Shown here: in pieces, positions 47,380-59,300 of the stretch
How positions within the stretch are numbered: position 1 is the stretch's first letter
Layout of the letters: each line of letters begins with the position of its first letter
NCBI GenBank assembly: GCA_051294375.1
Contig: CM119268.1
Location: 11,067,587-11,131,586, forward strand
Direction: 5' to 3'
Length of the DNA stretch: 64,000 nucleotides
Source of the DNA: Paraspadella gotoi
Lineage: Eukaryota > Animalia > Chaetognatha
Program-made: the position numbers and the translations under genes
The notes under the pieces: model-generated
Database searches by the model: none
The model's input: only the letters and a program-made list of their open reading frames with translations
What the model was told of the DNA's origin: nothing

Positions 47380-47420
47380 GTTTCACCCTCTTCGTCGTCG
47401 TCGTCGTCGTCGTCGTCGTT
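47346..47420 (+). repeat. (TCG)n microsatellite; others at about 36360-36435, 43502-43533, 48086-48138
   Basis: Direct reading. Confidence 0.9.
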
Positions 47421-48283
47421 GTCTTCCTCATCACGGAATTTCGTCGTAAACACCAAATTTCGATTCGCGTTTCTGTTTTTCCATCAAAACTGATCAGTGA
47501 ACAATGAAGTTTGCGTGAAGCGAGACGAAAAGTGATAAGAGACATCTGGTAGTGAGATTTCGAGCGTTATGGTTTGTATGGGAAGAAATTTATAAATTCC
47601 GTCCTCATAAATATGTCTCAATAATCAAAATGATTTTGTATGGGCAATAACAAACAGCTATTAACATGCATTGCACACAGGCATACATGTAATAGTATGT
47701 ACATGTATCATCTTTATCAACTGCTTCATTCCATACACTGCATTTCTTTAAATGTTTATATATTTGTATGGTCATGATTTCTCAAAATGTATAAATATGA
47801 TTCTTTTCATTACGATCAAAGTCAATATTTCTATTATTATGGATACAAAAGTGTTTGAAGGCCTAAATCGAAAATAAAAAAAGCAACGATTTCAATATTA
47901 AGTAATTAAAAACAGATGAAATCCTTACTTAATTTTTTAAATAGATTAATTTTTGTACGTATATTTAAGTAAATACTATATTAATGTATTAAAATTATGA
48001 GAAAATGAGAGAAAAAACGCGAAGACATCTTTGATGAAAACCGTCGCGTTGTTAAGAACATTTTCTTTCCTCGGCATCACAATTCTCGTCGTCGTCGTCG
48101 TCGTTGACGTCGTCGTCGTCGTCGTTCTCGTCGTCGTCTTCCTCGCCGGTGCCACCGCGGCAGGGGCCCATGTTCCCACAGCAGCAACAGCATCATCGAA
48201 TTTCTTCGTCGCTGCGGATGCTGACGTCACTGACGCAGCAGAGAAGGTTTCGTGTGCGCCCTATACGCACGCACATACACGCA

Positions 48284-48404
<121 letters not shown>

Positions 48405-49064
48405 GAGAAAATCATGCAGCGTTGGTAACGATCGTTGTGGGAGAGAAAAGGAGGAAAGTAAAAGGTAATACAGGAGAAAGGAAAGGAAAAAAGGAAAGTA
48501 AATCGGAGAAGGAAATGTAAGGAAAAATTGCACATAATCGTACGATCCGTATTTCGATGGCGAATCTCCCACACGATGAGGTGAAGATTATTACCAAGTT
48601 CCCAAAGAACACGATTGCTTTTGTGATTCGAAAATGGTCTCACTGTTCGGGTTTAGATTTGCTTCGAACTCAAAAAAGAATGCTTGGATCGAGCAACTTG
48701 ATTGATGAAGCCAATCCACTACATAATCACGATAAAACGATAAAATATTAATGCGGGGCGACGCAAATAATGGAGCGAATAACACGGTGCTTTGTCTCTT
48801 AATTAAACATTAAACAATGTCGAAATAGAAAACAACAACGACGTCTATATGCAAATGAAGCGATGACTGTTGGCGACGTCGACAAGAAATCAAGACGAAC
48901 CCGAAATTAAAGAGAAAACAACAACAACAACAACAACAACAGAGGGTGACGGGATTTCGACGAAACGACACTCGAAAACTCAGAGTCGAGAATTGAATTA
49001 AGGCCGAAGGGGGAAAAGTGTAAGGAGGGACTTGAGCCGTGATTGAAGCGGGGTAGGCGAGAGC

Positions 49065-49139
<75 letters not shown>

Positions 49140-50489
49140 GTTTGAGGAAATTAAATTGTAATTGTGGGAACACCTAAAGAGGGAGGTTTTTGAAGCTCTG
49201 ACGAGAATGGAAGAGATAAGATTTGAAAATATAGAGTTTATAAAAGATTTTAAAAAAATATTTGAGTTTATTATAAATACAAAAATATTTGAGTTTTTAA
49301 GAGAATAAAGAGAATATAAACATAGAAAAATAACAAAGACAAAAATTAGAAGATAAAAATTAAAGTGCTGAAGCAACCCAAAAAAATGACTATTCGTTTG
49401 CAGGTCGGTTTTTTTCTTCTTTTTTTTTCTGCAGCCAAATTGAGTTATCGGGAGTTGCATTCACGAGGCGAAATCGCGTGGCGCTGGTCACGTGGCCTCA
49501 CATTCACTCTGAGCAATCGCGTTACGACCGAATATCACGCGAAATCGCCAGTCAATCACGTGATCATTATCTCTTTAGGTTTTTTTGGTATAGTTCTTCT
49601 AGAAAGCTGTCCTATTTGATTCATCAAAAGCGAATTCAAGATAAAGTATTGTTTATGTTTTTCTTTAAACTAGCAATATCTGGGGAAATAGCAAAAACGT
49701 TATTTGAGACGTTATGCCCATCAGGGCAATATTTTTGAAAGGTTTCTCATTTCAGCTAAAACACCGAATTTTTATATTTAAAAATTTAATTATGAGTTAA
49801 AGATGAGGTTAAAAATCGGTTAATAAGTTTAAGGATTACTATTACGGATTAAGGAGGTTGAAGATTAGATTATAGATTAGAATAAGGTGAAAAATTTAAA
49901 TAAATAGATCATAATTAAGTTTAGGAAAATAGTGCAAGACTTTTACTGAATTCCGATTTGAATTGAATCCGGACCAAAGGAAACGCGAACTCATGTCAAG
50001 TGAGATAAAACTAAATTGCATTTCTCGCTCTCACTCTCTCGCTTAATTCGGACGCCAACTCGTGATGCGGTCACGCGCTGCGTACGATCACCGACATCGT
50101 TGAGTGAGAAACGCGGGCGAGTGATATCCGAGTGAAGGAATCTTACCAGTGATTATCTTAACGACGCCAGAACAAAAAAGATATCTCGTTAATACTGGTA
50201 CAATTATTGTCGATAAGTCGTGCGATAGAGTGGATTTATTAGTGTTACTTTAAATAGAGTAGCGATAACGATGACTCGTTTGCGTTGGTTATTTGAAAAA
50301 ATAACATTAGTTGCTTGACGAGAATTCATTCGACAGAGTTCACGCAGGTGTCGCTTTTTCTATCGAGTCTTTTTCTCTTCGCTCTTTTCAAAATACAAAT
50401 TAACGGAGAAAAAATGGAAAAAATTTAAAGTAAGTCTCCACACAAATCGAGACTCGTTCTTTCGATGCAGTGACGTCACGGAGGCCCAG

Positions 50490-50619
<130 letters not shown>

Positions 50620-51552
50620 CGCTCGCAAGGATCGCGCCATAGCGAGAAAGACTCCGGGCTCTGAGAGGGCGCGTGCGGCGGGGGCGTGGAAGACGTGGGA
50701 TGGCGAAGGGAAGATGGTGAAAAGACGGATGGCGATGGTGGATGGCACAAGGGAGGCAGATGGCATATAACTTTAAACCTATGGAAAAATGAAGAAAGTG
50801 TTATGAGAAAGAGAGATAAGCGGATTTAGTTAGAATAGAAAAAATAAACTAGACCTTGAATAAGAACGGAGTAAATAAAGAGCATATTTACTCAACGCTT
50901 TGGGTTTTAAAAAAAGAAATGTATATGTTTTCCAAAAATGAAATATTTGTTACCATAAAGTTCAGATTTGTCTGCCGCCAATTTCCTCCCACAGTGTCAC
51001 TCTCGATTCCCGCTCAGTCAGTCAGTCAGTTTCCATTTTTCTAAACTTAGACCAATTATCAAGTTTTCTTCTCAAGTTCTGCTCATCGGAGGAAATTCGC
51101 CCTTGTTAATTCCACCAATTGGATTATCTTTCAAATTCGATCTTTGCTTCTTTCTATGTTGTACATTCCTATATTTTCAGAACTTTTGATTAACGATCGT
51201 CACCTTTCGTCCAGTCTCTGGATTTTTACTTTTAAAGTATATTTCCCAATTATTAAATTATTTATATTTTTTTTTACTTTGTAATTTTTTTAATAATTAT
51301 TTACCAAAAATTAACCTAATGTTCTATTTCAAACTGTAACTGCAACTACGAGGAGCCTTACCATGGCGAAGCTGAAAACAAATTAAACTCTTCTCTTTGA
51401 TTTGTAGTATTCTTTAAAAATTCCAAGTTTCGCTCGAGTGATACTTCCTTCTTTTTAAAACTTGGAAAAGCAAATAAAACTCTTCCACGTTTCCAATTTC
51501 TCGACCTTTTGTTTAATAGGCATCGTAGACTACGTAGTTTTACTGACATAAA

Positions 51553-51594
<42 letters not shown>

Positions 51595-51599
51595 GACAG

Positions 51600-54591
51600 G
51601 GGCGGACAATCGATGCGAGGATCTCTGCCAACGAACGTCGCTTCGGAAACCGGAAGTTTGGGCAGCATCCATGGAAATCCCAGCGGAAGAGTCTTGAGGT
51701 GAAAATCGATCAAATCAATCAATCAAATAAATTGATAAAATCAGTGAAAACAAACACGTTGGCCCAGTATCCACGGTATAATCAATCGAATGAAAAAAAA
51801 AATCAAATCAAATCAATTATATTTCCCATGATAATCGCCCAATTGGCTTCCTCCAGCACGAAACGTTTGACGGTGATGCTGTTGACGATCTCCTTCGCCT
51901 ACATCGCCCTCTCGACGCCCAATTGCATCGTCTACTCGTTGATGGCCGCGGATCCGTCCAGGCTCATGGACGAGGACACGGGTGCGTCATTATTACTTTC
52001 ATTAGTTTATCTCTCTTCCTTTTTTTCTGTTTCTCGTTCGTGAGGGGAGATTTATCAAATATACATCGCAGACTTATTTACTGATTTTAATTCGTCAAAG
52101 CGTTCAAAAAAATGTACCTACAGTACTTTCAAGTTTAAGTTTTTTATTTCATTTGAAGTTTTCATTTTTAAATATCGTTAAAGAAAAAAAACAAACAAAG
52201 CGTATGGAAAAAAATATCAAACCCTCAATCATCAATATAAGTCTTGAAAATTATTACACTAAATAATACAGCTCATTGTTGAAAAAAAACTAAATTTTCC
52301 ACATCTTGATATTCTGAATTGATGAATAGAGTCCACCGTCGACTTGTGCTCATTTGGTTATTGCCAATCAATCGCTTTAAACCGCTTTACCTTTTCTACA
52401 TTGTACCCGATAAATACATTTAGTTATGATTCATTCGCCGGAAGTAAATTAGCTCACTCACTTCTTCTAAAGGCAACGATTAGAAAAGCAGACATAAGCA
52501 AACAAAAAAAAAATATTCAAACTGATATTTAAGATGAACGTTTAGTATTCTGAATTTTGGACAATTGTTTAAGACTGGCATCTGTCAAGGAAATTTGAAA
52601 ATTTCCGATGGACATTTTGTAGACAGGAAGCAAAATGGTTCATCCGATTTTCTGTCCTTTAGGTCTTCGTTGGCACTTGGCATTCTACATCAGCACGGTC
52701 CTGCTCTTCCTCAACAACTCCCTAAACGTAGTGTTCTACTCCATCTCTGGACCAGAGTTCCGTCTCGCTCTCAAGATGCGCTATTGCATGAAGAAACGGG
52801 CCAACCCCGTCACCCCGCTACAGGTCTCCACGATGTGATTGTTTTTAATGTTAAAAAATATTTAAAAAAACAAGATATATTTTTTTCATTTATTTTAGGT
52901 TTGGTCTATCCCTATGACCAAACGACCCCCCGGCATGGCCTCTGCTCCGCCCTCGCTTCACATGAGAAACGAAACCTCGCTCACGAGACAAAAGAGCATC
53001 GACGCTCTGCTTCCACATTCCGACGGGCAGAGGGCGGCTCAAGGAGCGGAGTGCAATACCATCGAGAGGATGCACAAACAAAATAACAAGGATCACTCAA
53101 CGAAGGTAACTGATAGATTGACTGATCGATCGTTATTGTATAAAAACAAATATTTGGAGTTCAGTAGTTAAACATTGCTTAAACGATTTTTTTTTTTTTT
53201 GCAGAGGAGGAGCCGCGTCTCGCTCTCGTCTCTAATTCGATTTTCGTCCACCGAAGTTTTTCTCCCAAAATCGACGACACCCACTCCGGCCACGACGACT
53301 ACAACAACAACGACGACGACCAGAAAAATTTCAGGTAAAATATAATTTGTCCAATGTCCTTTCGGTTGTGCTAATTTCTTAAGTCAGCTAATCTCATTTT
53401 CATGTGAGAGCGGAGGACAATAGTATTTCCCGATCTTATACTGATGGATTTTTTAAAAAAATATTATGCCACTTTATTGATACAGAGGAAGGTCATAAAC
53501 TAGACTGTGAGAGAATCTTGATTGTAAGCTGGCAGGATTCTGCTATATTGTTATCTTGTAAGAGGGATGGTCATGGTGGCATAAGCCCACCGTCTTCTGT
53601 CAAAAGTCAGGAAGCAAGATAGATAAATTGTATTAACGGACTATTATTACAACAGGGAGGTCCAGCTATTTTCGGAAAATATTTATATTATAATTTAAAC
53701 GGGTAAATTTATAGTAATGTAATAAAAATAAGTACAAAAGATAAAAAAATGGTTTAAACGATATAATCCATTAAAAAAATCCAGCCTTGGCAGCGATGAC
53801 TTTCTGCAAGCATCCAGGGAAGGCCGCGCAATCCCTGCTACAATCCTTATTTTCAAGAGTTTGACAGTTATATACACGACGGCACGTTTGACCTCTGGCT
53901 TGACCAATGACCACCTCCCATTCTTAATAGACAAGGGGATCACAGTCAGAGGAACTGAGGGGTAACAAGTATGGTTTCCTCGTTTTTCTTTTAAGAAAGG
54001 GCGCGGAAAAATTAAACGTGATGAAAAAATGGTAAATAAAAACAGTTATGGGACGATTTTCCGGTCATATTGGGTATTGATCGAAAGGCAGCAAACGTTC
54101 AGTTTCTGTTCGCTTTTAATTGTTTTCTATCTTAACCCGAGCTGTAAGTATATCAGAGGGATATATCTGTATGAGAATGGTTACCCTGATTATACATGAC
54201 ATCGGTTAATATAGGTTCAGTGGATATTTAATTAATGACTTAATGGTTTGGAGGCTACTTGACAAGCTTCTTGGTAAGACTAATGAACTAGAGAATTAGG
54301 CTTGCAATGTATTCAAGTATAGTCCGATATCTATATCTGCTACAAAAGTACCTAAACGTTTTCCGAAAAGAGCTGGACCTCCCTGTATATTGGTCATGCT
54401 AACACCTTCGAGACATAAGCTTAATACAGATAAATCCTCCAAACAACCGATTTCAATCAATCATTCCATAAATAAATTAGAACATAATTCTTACCTTACT
54501 TACCCCAGGCCGCCTCAGCCTCTCCCCCGATGACGCCTCAGAATTCGCGGTTAATTTCGCCGAATCTGATTTGGCGTCGGCGCGCCGCTGA
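51600..54591 (+). CDS. Rhodopsin-class GPCR, C-terminal half: exons 51600-51698 (ICL3), 51857-51981 (TM6), 52663-52823 (TM7/H8), 52899-53105, 53205-53334, 54509-54591 (C-tail; last three less certain)
   Basis: STKRLTVMLLTISFAYIALSTPNCIVYSL (TM6) and LAFYISTVLLFLNNSLNVVFYSISGPEFRLAL (TM7 with NxxxY and FR helix 8); GT-AG phase-compatible introns. Confidence 0.85.
53410..54402 (+). repeat. Diverged copy B of the structured repeat family (53410-53652 plus 54386-54402), split by a MITE
   Basis: GCGGAG..TTCCCGATCT..GACTGTGAGAGA..GCAG-nnnn-CTGC..TATCTTGTAAG..CAAGATAG colinear with 61240-61530 (-); tail TATATTGGT resumes right after the MITE. Confidence 0.75.
53653..54385. mobile_element. Non-autonomous TIR element (Tc1/mariner-like MITE), 733 bp
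   Basis: 27-bp TIR CAGGGAGGTCCAGCTaTTTTCGGAAAA / TTTTCCGAAAAgAGCTGGACCTCCCTG; TA on the right flank, AA on the left. Confidence 0.8.
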
Positions 54592-56390
54592 TGGCGTCGC
54601 TGCCCCGATTTTTCGCCCCCCACTCTGTCCCGCCACGCCCACTTCCGCTCCAAACGCTCGCGCAGTCTGGTGGCGTGGACGCGGGGGACGAGGGCGACGA
54701 CGGGGAGGGCGTCGACGACCGAGTTCGAAGTTCCCATCATAACCATCCGAGAACCGACCGACGATGTCTTGAGGATTAATTAGATGGATCTCTCAATATC
54801 TCTCTCTCTCTCTCTCTCTCGTCGCAATGTCTTTCGCTACCAAGCGACGCCTCTTTCGTCCTTGGGCGTCGCCGATTTAATGTTGCGCCACCTGCTTCGA
54901 TTTTCATTCTCAAGCACTCTTCCTCTCGCTCTCTCACGATTTCCACTCTCATTCATTTCCCTCCCTTCCTATCACTCGCTCTTTCAATTTTTTCTTTTTC
55001 ATTTACTCCCTCTAATCTCTCTCTCTCTCTCTGTATCTCTCTCGGACGTTTCCCCCCTCTACTCGAAATTCCGTCATTCTTCATTACGAAAGCAAAAACA
55101 CTTAACGTTGGCGTAAAACTTTTTCCATGATCTCCCGCTTGCTAACAGGATATGGATATTGGATATAAAACTGAAATCGATTTACTCTCTCCTCCAGAAA
55201 ACACTCTACGTTGTAATAAATGTGTTTTTTAAATGTCACCCCGGTATTTTTATACCCGATCTCCTTGGTCAACCAAAAAAAAAGTATAATTGTTAGGTTA
55301 ACTGAACCTTTTGTGACTCACATGTTTGGCCGTTAAATAAATGTGATTCTATCTTTTCCGTGTTTTATTTTGAAAAAATTTATCGAAATATAAAACATTT
55401 GAGGAGAAAACGATTTTAAAACTAATTTCTAAAATGATGAAAATGAAAAAAAAACAACTGAACGATCAAAACGATCAAACCTTAATACTTTGTTTTTGTG
55501 ACAATTAATTTAAAGATAGATTATCATTAACACATAGAACTACGGACTAAAAAAATACGAGGGTAAATTATAGAAATCATTCGAACAAAAACATTGTTGA
55601 AAATCAGTTATTATTTGATTTTCTAATTTTATGATTCGTTGTTCTGTTAAATCTTTGAATATCCTTCAATCCTTTGTCAAAAATAAATATGTATATCACA
55701 GTTAAAACAATGCATGTGAGAGTAAACAATACTCTTTTTCAGCCAAATAGTCAAAGCAAATCGGTGGAAACGGAGGGTGACCAATACAAAGATGATACTC
55801 GTTCTTTGGGCATAAATTTTTAGATTCACTCAGTGAATCTTTGTCGTCGAGACTTGAAACCGCGTGAAAAAAATTGGTGATAACAATTCTTGTGACAAAA
55901 CTACTCACAAGCGTGGGAAAAGCGATGACACCGAATCGCGAGCATCGACCCTCAAAATTCGTGGCACATTACAACCGAGTGTTCATTTGTTGAATTTTTT
56001 GGCGCGATGATCGCGACGTGTCAAAAATGAAAACAATCAGGTTTTCATTTTCGAACTGAATATTTTTCTCTTTTGAAAACGTCTTTTTAATTAAGCAATT
56101 AAGTGAAAAGATTTGTTATGATAGCATTTAAAATAATAGAAGTGATTTCGGTGAACTTTTTTTAAAATAAAAATTTAATTTGTTACCTTTTTTTGTAATA
56201 TAGTTTTCATAGGAAAATACTTGTAAATATTTTTAATTTGAGATCCTGCATATGGTTAATGGTTAATGGTTATGGCTTAATTCCCTTTTTTGCTAAAAAA
56301 AAGGGAAATATCAATCACGGTATTAAGATGACTAGCAAAATTAGTAATTCGGATAAAGATATCCCATTAATTAAATAACTATATCTTTTC

Positions 56391-59300
56391 TTATTCTTCC
56401 AAACTGAGCAGCAGCGCCGTCCCGCGTTTGATCCAATGATCGGCCGGCTTCTCTCCAGTCTTGAGATCGATGCCCGTCACGAAAGACGGACGATCTGCTC
56501 TGCCGGACCGAACGGGAAAATAGTAGCACGGGCAGTTGTATAGGCCTGAATGAACGAGGCTCGTTAAAAAAGTCGTCGAAAGGATACGAATAGAGAAAGA
56601 CATAATTAATTAATAATTAAATAAATAAATTAATAAATAAATAAATATTGACTGACTGACTCACCTTTCCCCGCCCTCTTCTTAATTTCGGCCGGCTTGA
56701 AGTGGATGACGGGAATTGGGCAGACGAGCTGCATGGGCGCCGCCTCTATGAGACAAGCGTTGCGCCCGTCCCAACCCGCGCCCTCTAGGAAGAAGCCCTT
56801 CACGTAGACGCCGCCCTCGAGCGGCTGCGTCGTTAGGTGGTGCTCCTCGATGCCGCACATCACCTGGGTTGGAGCGAGAAGTGGAGCAGGTTAAAGGCGG
56901 CGAGGAGAGGAGCCGAGTGAGTGTTTAGCTTTCGTACTTCACAACTTTTAATACTTCCTTATCTCATCTCTTCGTCTTCCGACCTCATTTTAATTTTGTT
57001 TTATTGTTATCGTAACTTACTTGATATTCCCACCCAAGAGAATCAACGGAAACGTTGGTTTGACGCGCGCTCGTTTGCAGAACTGTAAAATGGTAAGTTT
57101 CAGCCAATAATCTAATTTCGTGAGCTGTATATTTATCTTCCTTTTCTTTCTTTTCTTTTCTTTTTTTTTTTTTACCCGCGGTCAAGAATCCCGTGGGAAA
57201 CGTGAAAGCAGACATCCAAAAGACGTTTGGCGGATGAAGCGTCGCCGCCCACTTGGCGAACATCTCCACCCGCTGCACCAAGTCGCGCGTCCACGACGCC
57301 AAAGGCTTCGAGGAAGGGTAGGCTAAGGATATCGGGTGTTGGGACAGCGTGACGCATGAGGGATGATGGGAAATGAATTAGTCAATAGACAGTAAAGAAT
57401 CTCTGTGGTCAAATTGCAAATGTCACTGAAGTTGGAAATGTTGTAGACAGAAGGGGCAGGAAATACCAAACAAACCGCCACGCCCCGAGTTAGATCCCTG
57501 GACATCTCGATTTTCTGACTAAACGTTACGGGACCGAGTTAAACGACAGCGAAATTATTACTGAGGGTACGAAGAGCTTTCGCCAATTGATAAGTGGCCC
57601 TGATCCCCAGGGCGATAAAATGAAGGCAATCCCAAAGTTGCCTTAAAATGTTTAAATACAAAAACTAACGAACGTCTTCACCTCCCCCCCCCTCTCCTCA
57701 CCCTTCTCCCACGCGGTCGGGACGCGCGCCTCGAACACGCTGACGAAGACGTCTTCGAGTTCCGACGACATCACGACGAGACCTTTGATGCCCTTCTCTA
57801 AGTCACGGAGCGATGCCCTTGAGAAATTAAGAGGAAGAGGGTACGAATTCAAAACTTAGAAACGTCATAGAAAATAGTAATCAATTGTACAAATTGAATT
57901 TAAAAAAAATTTATTTACGTACATACAGATTTCGTAGAGAATATAGAATATCCTTTTCACTTGTAATAGATAATATAAGATATATATAATATAATACAAT
58001 ATAATATAACTTACTTTCATTAGAAATTCTCATCTCTAACCTGATATCATCCAGGAGACTGTTGTATCTTTGTATCTCCTGCAACAGCACAACGTTGAGC
58101 GGAGTCAACTCTGTCCCGACGTTTTTCTCCACGACTTTGTAGTCGATGTTCTTTGGGAGCTGCTTTATGACGGTCGCTCCCAACTCTAACACCTGTAGGT
58201 TTAAAAATTAATTTGGATTAATTTTTTTTTTAGACAAGAGAAAAAGAAGGTTTTGTTTTGTTTAAATACAACGAAAATTTAATTAACAAATTAGTTGTAG
58301 GTAAACAAAACAAAACAAATTATTTTTTTCTTGTCACTAAATTCCAACGCAACGAACCGAAAGTCCGTAATCACATGGATATCTTAATTGTAATATAGTT
58401 AGTTTATAAACAATAACTTGACAGTCAGGGGATCGGGGAGAAAAAGAATTGCAACCGAGTGAAACTTCCGGGTTTCCAACTACCACTAAACGTACAGTTA
58501 TACACAAATAGACAGACAGGAAAACAAATGACAGAAAAACATTTTTAAAACGTACAGTAAAGACAAATTTGAAAGACTGAGAGCTTGTGCGATTTTNNNN
58601 NNNNNNAAAACTTTAGTTTTTACTGTAAGTCAGACCAGACATAAAACTACTTGGCGCTTCATTGTGTTTTCGAAAATAATCTAAAAAATGTGTTGTGTTC
58701 AATATTCTTTCTCGTGAGATTTCTTTTTTTCACAAATTATATCCTCCCTCATTTTACCTTTACGCCCGCCGAAAACGCATCCTTTTTTTTCGAAAAGAAT
58801 TTGAAAAGTGAATGAACAATTTTTGGGGCGACCGAGCAACATGCGACGATTAATGCACACATGCATCAAATGCTAACGCGACCGATAATTAAGATCTTTT
58901 TGCTTGGAGAGACTAATGCTCGCGAAAAATCAAAGCTACCAAAATAAATGCATTTTCTCTTCAATTAATGCAATTAATTTTGAATTTTAAAATAACCCAT
59001 AAAACTTACTTTGTCTTCGCCACTCGGGCCACCACCCATAGAGATTTGCGGTTGAAGAGAAAGTAAAGTGTCCAGCAAAATTTTGGTTTCCTGGGAGTGG
59101 AATTAAAATTGGTTTGATTACTGAAATTTAAGAAAATTTACTTTTTTTTAAATCTATTAAATTTATTGACTTGAATTAGTGGATCAAACATTGGAGCAAA
59201 GGTCCAGGCCAAAACAAAATTCAATGAACTATCTTTAAATGATACTTTCTTGACGGAGACAAATGGACACTGAGACAATGCCAAAAAAATAACGGGTCAG

